Shown: piece by piece, positions 1 through 9,093 of the stretch
Layout: each line of letters begins with the position of its first letter
Numbering within the stretch: the first letter of the stretch is position 1
Assembly (NCBI GenBank): GCA_027050205.1
Contig: JALUCS010000132.1
Coordinates: 1-64,000 of the forward strand
Length of the DNA stretch: 64,000 nucleotides
Origin: a candidate division WOR-3 bacterium
GTDB taxonomy: Bacteria; Hydrothermota; Hydrothermia; LBFQ01
Direction: 5' to 3'
Notes under the pieces: model-generated
The model's database searches: none
Seen by the model: the letters and a program-made list of their open reading frames with translations, nothing else
What the model was told of the DNA's origin: nothing
Translations under genes and position numbers: made by a program

Positions 1-40
1 ATTGGAGGTTTACGAGCCTCCACCTTCATTTTCCCGCCCT

Positions 41-46
41 TATAAT
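41..46 (+). promoter_or_regulatory. Candidate -10 box for CRISPR array transcription
   Basis: TATAAT 51 nt upstream of the first repeat; same -10 style as other promoters in the window. Confidence 0.45.
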
Positions 47-97
47 ACCCGGTAGACTCGCATGAGAATTGAGCCTGTGGCGAGGGATGGGAGACGG

Positions 98-531
98 GTT
101 TGCAGCCTACCTATAAGGGATTAAAACTCAACTATCCGTTTGCGGGCGGCCTGCCCATCCCAATGTTTGCAGCCTACCTATAAGGGATTAAAACAGGCAC
201 TATCCGAGGATGAGAATCTACAAAGGGCTGGTTTGCAGCCTACCTATAAGGGATTAAAACCCAATTTCGCTTAAATCAACTATCGGAGGGGAAGGAGTTT
301 GCAGCCTACCTATAAGGGATTAAAACAATCTATAGAGTCATCGGGATATAATCTGACTTTCAAGTTTGCAGCCTACCTATAAGGGATTAAAACTAGGGAC
401 GGAAATAGGGCGTGAAAGCCCACTCCACCAGTTTGGAGCCTACCTAATAAGGGATTGAAACGAATTGAAACAACACGGCCTATCTTGCCGCCAGAAGGCC
501 CGTTCGCAGCCTATCTGTGAGCGATTGAAAC
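98..531 (+). CRISPR. CRISPR array: 7 repeats (5 identical, 2 degenerate terminal) and 6 spacers of 36-40 bp
   Basis: 30-bp repeat GTTTGCAGCCTACCTATAAGGGATTAAAAC at 98, 165, 231, 297 and 364; degenerate copies at 431-461 and 502-531. The 3' ATT(A/G)AAAC end is typical of Cas6-processed type I-B/III repeats and gives + orientation. Confidence 0.97.
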
Positions 532-535
532 GAAC

Positions 536-1543
536 TTACCCCTTCCCGAACTTCCGAGCCGCCTCCCGCACCTTCTGATCCTCCTTGAGATTAACGACGA
601 GGACGGTATCCCCCTCAACTACGACGCCTATCCCCTCAACCCCCACGAGTACCACCCTCTTGTCCCCCGAAATTACCAAGTTCCCAGAGGAGTCCACCAC
701 ACCCGGCGGTGCGTCCCTGTACGCGTTCCCGCTCCCATCCTTGGGCAGAATGACGTACAGGCTGGAGTAGGAACCTACGTCTATCCAGTTGAAATCGGCC
801 TCAATTACCAATATCTCCCGCGTCTTCTCCATTACGGCGTAGTCTATGGACTCGGCCTTGACCGCCGGGAAGAAGTCTTCGGCCGGCCTGACGTGTCCAT
901 CCTCGTAGAGGAGGTCGTAGATGTAGGGGGCATGTGCCTTCGCTTCCCTCAAGAGGACATCGCTCCTCCATACGAACATACCGGAGTTCCAGTAGAACCT
1001 GCCGCTCTCCACGTACTCCTTGGCCGCCTCGTAGTTGGGCTTTTCGTGAAACTTTACGACGGTGTATAGGCCGGACTCTACCTCATCTCCCCGCTCTATG
1101 TAGCCGTAGCCCGTGTGGGGATGGGTGGGTTTTATTCCGAAGGTTACTATCTTGCCGTACTTCTCGGCGGATTCGTAGGCCCTAAGTAGGGTGGCCCTGA
1201 AGGTGTCCATCGGGGTGATGTGGTGGTCGGAGGGAAGGGCGGCCACAAGGACAGGTTCCCCGGCCTCCTCCTGAAGCAGGGCCGTAGCGTATATGAGGGC
1301 GGGAGCAGTGTTCTTAGGGATAGGCTCAACTAAGGTCCGTACAGGCAGGGAGGAGAGCCTACTCGCTATGGTGGAGTTCGTGAGTATTACCTTATCGGCC
1401 ACCTCCCCCACCCTATCTAAGGCGAGGTCCAGGAGGGTCTTTCCGTCCGACAGGGGTATGAGCTGCTTGGGTCTCTCCGGCTTGGATAGAGGCCAGAGCC
1501 TCTCCCCTTTACCTCCGGCCATTATCAGGGCATACCTCCGCAT
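536..1543 (-). CDS. manC: Mannose-1-phosphate guanylyltransferase
   Basis: IMAGGKGERLWPLS..PKQ, EP..KNTAPA, PSDHHI, TGYGYI, F.EKP, WNSGMF, SIDYAVMEK, W.DVGS motifs. Confidence 0.93.
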   Translation of the reverse strand: MRRYALIMAGGKGERLWPLSKPERPKQLIPLSDGKTLLDLALDRVGEVADKVILTNSTIASRLSSLPVRTLVEPIPKNTAPALIYATALLQEEAGEPVLVAALPSDHHITPMDTFRATLLRAYESAEKYGKIVTFGIKPTHPHTGYGYIERGDEVESGLYTVVKFHEKPNYEAAKEYVESGRFYWNSGMFVWRSDVLLREAKAHAPYIYDLLYEDGHVRPAEDFFPAVKAESIDYAVMEKTREILVIEADFNWIDVGSYSSLYVILPKDGSGNAYRDAPPGVVDSSGNLVISGDKRVVLVGVEGIGVVVEGDTVLVVNLKEDQKVREAARKFGKG

Positions 1544-1581
1544 TCTATGATTCTACGGGAGTCCCTCCGTACAATTTCCCC
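1544..1581. promoter_or_regulatory. Back-to-back divergent -10 boxes for manC and the Nudix gene
   Basis: TAGAAT on - strand (1550-1555) 6 nt before the manC ATG; TACAAT on + strand (1570-1575) 6 nt before TTG at 1582; no SD on either side. Confidence 0.7.
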
Positions 1582-2052
1582 TTGAGGCGGTACGTCATCG
1601 GCTACCCCGTAAGGGGAGACAGGGTCCTCCTGATACACAAGAAGCGGGGCCTCGGTAAAGGGCTGTACAACGGCATAGGCGGTAAGGTGGAGGAGGGGGA
1701 GACGCCGGAGGAGGCCATGCTCCGGGAGGCGAGGGAGGAGATAGGGATAGAGGTTAAGAGGTACGAGAGGGTGGCCAAACTGTACTTCTACGACCCCCAT
1801 GGCACGGCGATGGAAGCAGACGTCTTCCTGATCAGGGAATGGGAGGGGGAGCCGGTGGAGAGCGACGAGGCCCGGCCGGAGTGGTTCCCGATGGAGTGCC
1901 TGCCCTACGAGAAGATGTGGGAGGACGACCGGGTGTGGCTTTGGAGGGTCCTTAGGGGCGAGAAACTCACGGGGAAGTTCTGGTTCAACGACATCTACGG
2001 TAGGTACGAGCCTCCTCGCATGCTCCGGTGCGAGGTTAGGGAGGGCCTTTAG
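1582..2052 (+). CDS. Nudix hydrolase, 8-oxo-dGTP diphosphatase (MTH1/NUDT1-like)
   Basis: Nudix box GGKVEEGETPEEAMLREAREEIG; KKRG.G.G..NG and PY.KMWEDD motifs. Confidence 0.88.
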   Translation: MRRYVIGYPVRGDRVLLIHKKRGLGKGLYNGIGGKVEEGETPEEAMLREAREEIGIEVKRYERVAKLYFYDPHGTAMEADVFLIREWEGEPVESDEARPEWFPMECLPYEKMWEDDRVWLWRVLRGEKLTGKFWFNDIYGRYEPPRMLRCEVREGL

Positions 2053-2078
2053 CCCTTTTCTACGGTAGAATCCCCTCC

Positions 2079-3437
2079 ATGCTCAAAGACAGGCTGTACG
2101 AGATAGGCGAGTCGGTGCTACGGGTCTCCAACGCTGACAGCACCGTTGTCCTTGTACACGGCGAGAGGTCAAGGCTCGTCAGGTTCGCCAACTCCGTCAT
2201 CCACCAGAACACCGAGGTGAGGAACATAGAGGTGACCATACACGTCCGGTTCGGCAATAGGGCAGCGACCGTAAGCACGAACGCCATAAACGACCCCAAG
2301 GACATCGTTGGAATGGTCCGGAAGGCGGAGGAGATGGCCAGACTCTCCCCGGAGAACCCGGAGCTTCCGGAGGTGGCCCCGGAGGGGAAGATAGAAACCT
2401 CCGACGACCCCTTTGACGAACTCACGGCCGAGGCGGAGCCTTCCGAGCTGATAGCCATAGCCAAAAGGCTGATAGAGGAGACCCCCAAGCCTTTTGACGC
2501 CTTCGGTACGATATCCGGAGGGGCCTCCGAGACCGTCCTTATGACCTCCGAGGGGTTCGTGGGCTACAGGGGGGTGACGGCCGCCCATCTCAAGTACAAC
2601 CCCATCTATGACCTCACCTTCGGCTACCTCGTCCAGCAGTCCGCCCACACCTTCAGGGACCTTGACCCGGAGGCCGCCCTGAAGCGGGCATCGGAGAGGG
2701 CGCCCCTCGTCCTTGACCCCGTAGAGGCCCAACCCGGAAAGTGGACGGTTATCCTGGAGCCTCTCGCGGTCGCCGAACTCCTCGGCTTCCTGAACTGGAT
2801 AGGTCTGTCCGCCCGCTCCGTACAGGAGGGGAGGTCCCCCCTCGCCGGTAAGCTTGGGGAGAAGGTCTTCTCCGAGAACTTCACCCTCTACGAGGACCCC
2901 ATCAACCCGCGGGGGTACGTCCTACCCTTTGATATGGAGGGAAGACGCAGGGGCCTCATAACCGTCGTTGAGAACGGCGTCCTCAAGGACTTCGCGTACG
3001 ACACCGTCACCGCCCGCAAGGAGGGCAAGGAGACCAACGCCTGCGCCCTCCACTTCGCCCAGAGCTTCCCTATGTTCGCCAACCTCCACGTAGCCGAGGG
3101 GGACACGGAGTACGAGGAACTCATCGCATCCACCGAGAGGGGCCTTTTGGTGACCCGCTTCTGGTACTCCAACGTCGTAGACCCCCGCACCCTGACCATA
3201 ACGGGAATGACGAGGGATGGCCTATTCCTTATAGAGGACGGCAAAATCGTTAAGAGTATGAAGAACATGCGGTTCAACGTGAGCCTCCTTGACGTCTTCT
3301 CCAACGTCCTTGGCGTCTCACAGGAGAGCGTCCTACTCGGCGAGACTACCTGGTACGGCTCCTTCTCGGTCCACGGCGAAATCCTACCCACCCTGAAGGT
3401 GGAGGGCTTCAACTTCGCCTCGGCTACGAGGTTCTGA
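2079..3437 (+). CDS. TldD/PmbA family protein, non-catalytic TldE/PmbA-type subunit
   Basis: RFANS.IHQN, PGKWTVILEP.AV, PFD.EG, TG.TRDG.F.IE.GKI and NMRFN motifs; lacks HExxxH. Confidence 0.85.
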   Translation: MLKDRLYEIGESVLRVSNADSTVVLVHGERSRLVRFANSVIHQNTEVRNIEVTIHVRFGNRAATVSTNAINDPKDIVGMVRKAEEMARLSPENPELPEVAPEGKIETSDDPFDELTAEAEPSELIAIAKRLIEETPKPFDAFGTISGGASETVLMTSEGFVGYRGVTAAHLKYNPIYDLTFGYLVQQSAHTFRDLDPEAALKRASERAPLVLDPVEAQPGKWTVILEPLAVAELLGFLNWIGLSARSVQEGRSPLAGKLGEKVFSENFTLYEDPINPRGYVLPFDMEGRRRGLITVVENGVLKDFAYDTVTARKEGKETNACALHFAQSFPMFANLHVAEGDTEYEELIASTERGLLVTRFWYSNVVDPRTLTITGMTRDGLFLIEDGKIVKSMKNMRFNVSLLDVFSNVLGVSQESVLLGETTWYGSFSVHGEILPTLKVEGFNFASATRF

Positions 3438-4365
3438 AGAGGTCCCAACCCCTATAGACGAAGCCCGTCAGGACCTCCGTAAGGACGGCCCCCCGCCCCA
3501 TCTTCTCCTCGGCGTCCCTTAGGGAGAATATCCCTCCTACCCCTACGACAGGCAGGGAAGAGACGGCCCTCCACTCCTCTATCCTCCGGTTGGATATGGG
3601 AAAGAGGGGGCGACCGCTCAACCCTCCCCCTTCAACCTTTAGGGTGTTGGTTAGAATGACACCGTCCATATCGTTCCCTTCGCAGAGGCGGGCCACCTCC
3701 TCCAAGGCCTCCCCCTCTATCTCCGGGGCGAGTTTGAGGAGTACGGGCTTCCGCGGCCTCTTCCCTCTCCGCCACCGGTAGACCTCCCCAAGGAGACGGC
3801 TTAGACTCTCCCCTCGCTGGAGGTCCCTAAGGCCAACGGTGTTGGGGGAGCTTACGTTCACGACGAAGTAGTCCCCCAGGTCGTAGAGGCGATCCATAAC
3901 GGCGATATAGTCCTCGTACGCCCTGTCGTTGGGTGTGTCCCTGTTCTTGCCCGCGTTTATGCCGATAGGTACCACCCGCGGGTCCCTAAGGAGCCTCTCC
4001 CTCACCCTCTCCATCCCCTCGTTGTTGAAACCCATACGGTTGATTATGGCCTCCCTTTCGGGCAGACGGAAGAGGCGGGGTTTGGGGTTCCCGGCCTGGG
4101 GTCTGGGGGTTACGGTACCCACCTCAACGAAGCCGAATCCGAAGGCTGCCCAGAGGCTCCCTATCCGGGCGTTCTTGTCCAGGCCGGCGGCGAGGCCCAA
4201 CGGACCGGCGAACTCTATACCGAAGGCCCTTACCGGTTTCCCCTTCTTACCCTCCGCGAGGAGGCGGAGGACCCCCTTCAGGGCGGAGAGGCCGTAGATA
4301 GTCAGGTCGTGGGCCAACTCCGGGTCCAACCGGAAGAGGAGGGACCTGACGAGGGAGTACATCAT
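3424..4365 (-). CDS. pyrD: Quinone-dependent dihydroorotate dehydrogenase (class 2)
   Basis: GLAAGLDKN, EVGTVTPRPQ.GNPKPRLFRL, INRMGFNN.G, NVSSPNT.GLR, GGLSG motifs. Confidence 0.95.
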   Translation of the reverse strand: MMYSLVRSLLFRLDPELAHDLTIYGLSALKGVLRLLAEGKKGKPVRAFGIEFAGPLGLAAGLDKNARIGSLWAAFGFGFVEVGTVTPRPQAGNPKPRLFRLPEREAIINRMGFNNEGMERVRERLLRDPRVVPIGINAGKNRDTPNDRAYEDYIAVMDRLYDLGDYFVVNVSSPNTVGLRDLQRGESLSRLLGEVYRWRRGKRPRKPVLLKLAPEIEGEALEEVARLCEGNDMDGVILTNTLKVEGGGLSGRPLFPISNRRIEEWRAVSSLPVVGVGGIFSLRDAEEKMGRGAVLTEVLTGFVYRGWDLFRTS

Positions 4366-4847
4366 AGGCGGAGGATGGCCTTCACTCCGGGCGGGACCTC
4401 TCCCTCGTTATAGACCTCAACGGGTACCTCCCCCGAATACTCCCCTTCCTCCGGGACGTTCCAAGGGGGCTGGAGGACGGCCACCAGTAGGGCGGAGGCG
4501 TTCCTGCGGACGCTCTCCGGGGCGTTCAACACCTCACCGACGTGTACCTTTATGTTCCGGGGTATCCTCCGGGGATCTGGGTACTTCCTGCCAAGGGCCT
4601 CCCGGACGCTCCTCTCAAGGCTCTCCCCCACCGCCCCTATGTGCAGGAGGACGCCCCCGATAACGAGGGCGAAGACGTCCCCTTCCGCCCTATCCTTTAG
4701 GCTCTTGAGTCCTCCGACCCGCTTCCAGCGTATCCGTACCCTCCTCTTCTTCCTCAGGTGCAGACCGGCAAACACTGCCGTAGAGCCGACGACGACGGAG
4801 AGGAGGAAGATACCGAGGTAGGTTGAGAACTTGTCCCTATCCTTCAC
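4362..4847 (-). CDS. Hypothetical single-pass membrane protein with possible degenerate GIY-YIG-like domain
   Basis: Start moved to GTG 4847 (TAAAAT 7 nt upstream); N-terminal TM helix then basic stretch; VFAL...LLHIG...R...LQPPWN pattern; stop overlaps pyrD start. Confidence 0.6.
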   Translation of the reverse strand: MKDRDKFSTYLGIFLLSVVVGSTAVFAGLHLRKKRRVRIRWKRVGGLKSLKDRAEGDVFALVIGGVLLHIGAVGESLERSVREALGRKYPDPRRIPRNIKVHVGEVLNAPESVRRNASALLVAVLQPPWNVPEEGEYSGEVPVEVYNEGEVPPGVKAILRL

Positions 4848-5698
4848 GGCCCCTATTTTAAGCCGGGCGTACCCGAAAGATGGCCGGAAAACGCTCATCG
4901 GTATTGGCCATTTACCCGTAGGGGAAGGTGGGCTATGGGAGGGGTGGGGCAAAAATTACACCTTAATATGTGCAAATAAAAGTGTCGCACTTTTACATAA
5001 ATATCCTGAAAGGTGAGACAACAGAGCGGCTGGGGAAATTGAAGTTCGTCCTCAACATCCAATCGGGTATACCAAAATTGTCAAAATGGAAAATTATTGA
5101 AGACAAATTTAGATAATGACGGGGTGTTGTTCCAACGTACAGAATAACGGATCCGAACTTTCAGATAAAAATGGAGACAAAAATTTTAAAGTTCTTTGAT
5201 ATTATATCAATAAATTTACCCTCATCCACCGTCAAATCCCGCATCTGGACACCTTTGGAGATCTAAAACTCATTTTTTATCTAAAAAAATTTATGATTTA
5301 TATGATGGATTTGGTACAGAATTAATTATTAGAAATCCAGAGAGTTTTATACCAGAGAACTCTTAAAACTGTGCATAACTTTATATAAAATATGCAAGTT
5401 TTGGGATATTTCTATTGTTAAACCGATAAACTTACCTCAAAGTTTTTACAATCCCGATTCTAGGATCCGGTGAATAAGGGGACATTTATCGTCGTATCAG
5501 CATTCAAAAATTACCAATATACGGAAAAAATAATTTTAATACCCGTAAAAACCGAATTTTCCTTACGAAGGCAGAATCTCATCTCAATTGTGTCTTAGAA
5601 CCGATATATATGGCCATAATTTGAAAAAAGTTCGTTGCCCCACCCGTTCTCCCGATTTCCCCCATCCACCCGGTGGGGCGGGGGTAAAATTCTGCCTT

Positions 5699-5914
5699 AT
5701 GGCAAAGGTCTATAAGAAGATAGAGCTGGTAGGCACGAGCGAGAACTCCGTAGAGGAGGCCATAAAGGCGGCCGTTGAGAGGGCATCCAAGACCCTGAAG
5801 CACCTCTCGTGGTTTGAGGTTAAGGAGATACGCGGGGCCATAAAGGACGGGAAGGTCAGCGAGTTTCAGGTGGTGGTGCAGGTGGGCTTCAGGGTGGAAG
5901 ACGACGTAAGTTAA
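5699..5914 (+). CDS. Dodecin family flavin-binding protein
   Basis: MAKVYKKIELVGTS..S.EEAI..AVERASKTL..L.WFEV.EIRG.I..G.V.EFQV; start at ATG 5699 after TAAAAT. Confidence 0.93.
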   Translation: MAKVYKKIELVGTSENSVEEAIKAAVERASKTLKHLSWFEVKEIRGAIKDGKVSEFQVVVQVGFRVEDDVS

Positions 5915-5946
5915 AGGCGATAAATCCTTCACCCTTATAATTCGTT

Positions 5947-6519
5947 ATGCGGCTGACGAAGGAGGAGAAGAAGCTACTCTTAGACATCGCACACTCTGCC
6001 ATATCGCGGGCCTTCCGTGGCGACCTCTCCCCCCCTCCCCTTGGCGACCTTCCCCCCCGACTGTTGGAGGACGGGGCGAGCTTCGTCACCCTAACCAAGA
6101 ACGGTCAGCTTAGGGGGTGCATAGGGAGCGTAGAGGCCTACCGCCCCCTCGCCCTTGACGTGCATTACAACGCCCTCGCCGCCGCCTTCAGGGACCCCCG
6201 TTTCCCCCCTCTCCACCCGGACGAATGGCCCTACGTGGAGGTTGAAGTTAGCGTCCTCTCGGAGCCGAAGGTACTCCCCTACGAGGACCTCGCCGACCTC
6301 ATCCGTAGGCTCCGCCCCGATATGGGCCTAATATTGGAGCATCCGGAGGGTAGGGCCACCTTCCTACCCCAGGTCTGGGAGAAGATACCGGACCCGGTTG
6401 CCTTCCTTAGCGAACTGGCGCACAAGGCCGGCCTCCCCCCCTCCGTCTATAACGACCCCCGTACCGTCGTAAAGTACTACACGGTTGATAAGTTCACCTA
6501 CCGGGACCTGGAGGAGTAG
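5947..6519 (+). CDS. amrA: AmmeMemoRadiSam system protein A (AMMECR1 domain)
   Basis: GASFVTL..G.LRGCIG, AAF.DPRF.PL, EVSVLS, ATFLPQVW, L..KAG motifs. Confidence 0.9.
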   Translation: MRLTKEEKKLLLDIAHSAISRAFRGDLSPPPLGDLPPRLLEDGASFVTLTKNGQLRGCIGSVEAYRPLALDVHYNALAAAFRDPRFPPLHPDEWPYVEVEVSVLSEPKVLPYEDLADLIRRLRPDMGLILEHPEGRATFLPQVWEKIPDPVAFLSELAHKAGLPPSVYNDPRTVVKYYTVDKFTYRDLEE

Positions 6520-7214
6520 AAGCGGAGGACGTCCCTCCAGTCGGAGTGGAGGGTCCGGTAGGTGCGGGCGGAGGATAGGGAGGTCAAAAGTAGGGATAGG
6601 GCGTTTCGGCCTACGGCTCCGGGGTTCAGGAGGTTTTCCATAGCGAAGAGGTAGGCCTCGTAAGGTTCCACCTCCTCTATCACCGTCTCCCCCTCCGGTA
6701 CGTAGCGGCTTAGGAAGACCGTCCCTATCGGTACGGGGTTGGACACCTCACCGAAGCGGAGGCGATGCTCCACGGGGAGGGTGGGATAGACCAGACCGTC
6801 CCCTATGCCGAAGGCCACCATATCGTCCGAGAGGTACCGGTACCCTTCCCGAAGGAAACCCCGGACGAGGGTACTCTTCCCCCAGGCGTGGTGGCCGAGG
6901 AAGAGGATGGCCTCCCTCCCGTCGGATACCGACCCGGCGTGGAAGAGGGCGAAGTTCTCCGCCTTCGGGCCGTAGTAGTTCCTCAAGGCCCTGCCGAAGA
7001 AGGACGCCACCCTCCAAGGGTCCTCCGGCCGCAGGTGTATCACCCCGACGGTGGGTAGGAACTCGTTCCTGTGGGAGGGGAAGAGGCACATCCTCCTCTG
7101 GCACTTGCAAGGGTAGTGGGAGAGGATGCGGCGGAGGAGGGAGAGGTTGGGGGCCAGGTCCGGGGGTGTCCTTAGGAGGATGTGGGAGTCGTATATCCCT
7201 ACCTCAAGGTACAT
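6498..7214 (-). CDS. HPr-kinase-like P-loop protein
   Basis: FHAG.V....A.LF.G....GKSTL followed by YLSDD, the pattern of HprK-related kinases. Confidence 0.7.
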   Translation of the reverse strand: MYLEVGIYDSHILLRTPPDLAPNLSLLRRILSHYPCKCQRRMCLFPSHRNEFLPTVGVIHLRPEDPWRVASFFGRALRNYYGPKAENFALFHAGSVSDGREAILFLGHHAWGKSTLVRGFLREGYRYLSDDMVAFGIGDGLVYPTLPVEHRLRFGEVSNPVPIGTVFLSRYVPEGETVIEEVEPYEAYLFAMENLLNPGAVGRNALSLLLTSLSSARTYRTLHSDWRDVLRFYSSRSR

Positions 7215-8148
7215 CCTTCCCCCTCCTCCCTATGCGGTTGGTCAAGGTGCCGAACCCCACGAGTTCAAGGGTTATCTCGTCCCCCTCCTCAAGACGCTGG
7301 CCAAGCTCAACGCCGCAGGAGTCCGGCACCGTACCCGTCCCCATAACCTCGCCGGGATAGAGGGTCTCCTCAAGACCGGCGTAGGCCACCATATCCACGG
7401 GGGAATGTTGGGGGTTAGCCGTTGTGGAGCGGGAGACCATCTCGCCGTTTATGTATACCTTCACCTCAAGTTCCTCAAACCTCGGAAGTATCTCGGAGGC
7501 GAGGATGACAAAGTTAGACATCGCCGTGGCGAAGTTCTTGGCCTTCACGACCGGGCCAAAGGGGCTACCGTAGAACTCCCTCACCTGCATGTCCCTCGCC
7601 GTGAAGTCGTTTATGAGGACGAAGCCACCTATGGCCCGGCGAGCCTCCTCCGGGGAGGGGTTCCGCACCTTCCGCACCATAACCACGCCCAGCTCAAACT
7701 CGTAGTCAAGGTAGCGGGTGTAGGATGGGTAGGGTACCGTCTCCCCATCCCCGTAGAACTGGAGGTGGTTCCCTACGTAATAGACAGGCCTCTCGTAGAA
7801 CATCCTCGGAGGTTTCAGGAGCCTCCCCATTCCGGGTAGTTTCACGAGGCGGTAGAGGAGGGGTTTGAATGTGCGCAGCAGACCCAACTTAGCCTGTACG
7901 TAGTGCCTCTCCCAGAGCATAAAGTCTCGGAAGGATAAGGGTTTGAAAGGGGGAAGGGGCTTCCCCTCCTTAGGCCTACTCCCCTCAAGCCTCCCCTTTA
8001 CGTCCAGCTCTCCCCAGTCTCGCAGGAGGGCGAAGAGGTCCTCCCCGTACTCCGGGAGTCCCAGGTCGGCGACGGGTACCCAGCCCCCGTCCTTGAAGAG
8101 GGCTATGGAAACCCTACCTCCGAAATCTACCCTACCTACCTTCATCAA
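7204..8148 (-). CDS. Fumarylacetoacetate hydrolase family protein
   Basis: SFRDF...E.H, P.YY.GN, LDYEFELG, NDFTARD.Q, KAKNF, GTGT motifs. Confidence 0.9.
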   Translation of the reverse strand: MMKVGRVDFGGRVSIALFKDGGWVPVADLGLPEYGEDLFALLRDWGELDVKGRLEGSRPKEGKPLPPFKPLSFRDFMLWERHYVQAKLGLLRTFKPLLYRLVKLPGMGRLLKPPRMFYERPVYYVGNHLQFYGDGETVPYPSYTRYLDYEFELGVVMVRKVRNPSPEEARRAIGGFVLINDFTARDMQVREFYGSPFGPVVKAKNFATAMSNFVILASEILPRFEELEVKVYINGEMVSRSTTANPQHSPVDMVAYAGLEETLYPGEVMGTGTVPDSCGVELGQRLEEGDEITLELVGFGTLTNRIGRRGKDVP

Positions 8149-8956
8149 AGACCTCCTTCAAAAACTCCCTAAGGTGGCGGTTGAACTCCTCTGGGTTCTC
8201 AAGGGGGGAGCTGTGGCCGGCCCTCGGTATCACCACCAACCTACTCCCCTCTATCGCCCTGTGGAGTTGGAGGGCTTCCCCGTAGGGGCGGGAGCGGTCG
8301 TCCTCCCCTACGACTATCAGGGTAGGTATCCGTATCTTATGCAGTTCCCTCTCAAAGGATGGGCGGTTGAATATCGCCCATGCCGTACGTACGAGGGCTT
8401 CCCTCCTCCTCTTGTCCTTCGCCCACTCCTTCCACTTCCTCTCGTACTCCCCGACGAAGGGCTTATTCAGGGAATGCGGGGAGAACAGGGCCTTCTTTAT
8501 ACCGCCGGCGACGGAGCCGGGGCCGAAGAGCTGAAAGATTATGGCCATCAGGGACCAGACCAGTTTTTTCAGAGGTTTCTCCGCTGTGGCGCCGGTGTCG
8601 GCCAGGACCACCCCCCTAAGGAGTTCCGGATTGCGGGCGGCCAACCTCATACCGACGAACCCTCCCATAGAAACCCCCACCCACACGCAGGGGCGTTTCC
8701 CACATCCGAAGAACTTCATCAGGTCAACGGCATCCCGATATAGGCTCTCTATTTCGTACCCCCATTCGGTAGGCTCGCTCCTCCCCTGCCCCCTCCAGTC
8801 AAAGGCCACTACCCTGTAATCCTTGGCGAACTCCTCCATCTGATAGCGGAAGAGGCCGCTGTCCAACAGGAAGCCGTGGGCGAAGACGACGGTCCTATCC
8901 CCTTTCCCCGCCTCCTCGTAGTGGTAGCGGCAGCCCCTTACATCTACGAAGGGCAT
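8132..8956 (-). CDS. Alpha/beta fold hydrolase (enol-lactonase-like)
   Basis: HG, D.RGQG.S, nucleophile G.SMGG, GEDD, AGH; start moved to ATG 8956 (TATAAT 6 nt upstream). Confidence 0.88.
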   Translation of the reverse strand: MPFVDVRGCRYHYEEAGKGDRTVVFAHGFLLDSGLFRYQMEEFAKDYRVVAFDWRGQGRSEPTEWGYEIESLYRDAVDLMKFFGCGKRPCVWVGVSMGGFVGMRLAARNPELLRGVVLADTGATAEKPLKKLVWSLMAIIFQLFGPGSVAGGIKKALFSPHSLNKPFVGEYERKWKEWAKDKRRREALVRTAWAIFNRPSFERELHKIRIPTLIVVGEDDRSRPYGEALQLHRAIEGSRLVVIPRAGHSSPLENPEEFNRHLREFLKEVFDEGR

Positions 8957-9093
8957 AACGGTATTATAGACCTGACGGACCGAGGAGGGCGTCCGGATGA
9001 TTGTATTATAACTCCCCAAGGCTCGTCTCCTATCTCCTCGTTTTTTGCGCAAATAACGCAAGATCTGACGCACACCCTTATAATTCCGTCTCA

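Noticed and set aside
128..501. Self-targeting spacers within the window
   Set aside because: No match longer than about 9 nt noticed by eye; a proper alignment is still needed
5366..5400. dif-like site (ACTGTGCATAA resembles a XerC arm)
   Set aside because: No TTATGTTAAAT-like XerD arm at the 6-bp spacing
4950..5640. Firm oriC call
   Set aside because: Only one good DnaA-box-like match, no dnaA/dnaN nearby, and skew could not be computed
8957..9093. CreA/CreR-like mini-array regulating cas3
   Set aside because: No repeat-like sequence here, and no convincing match to any spacer by eye
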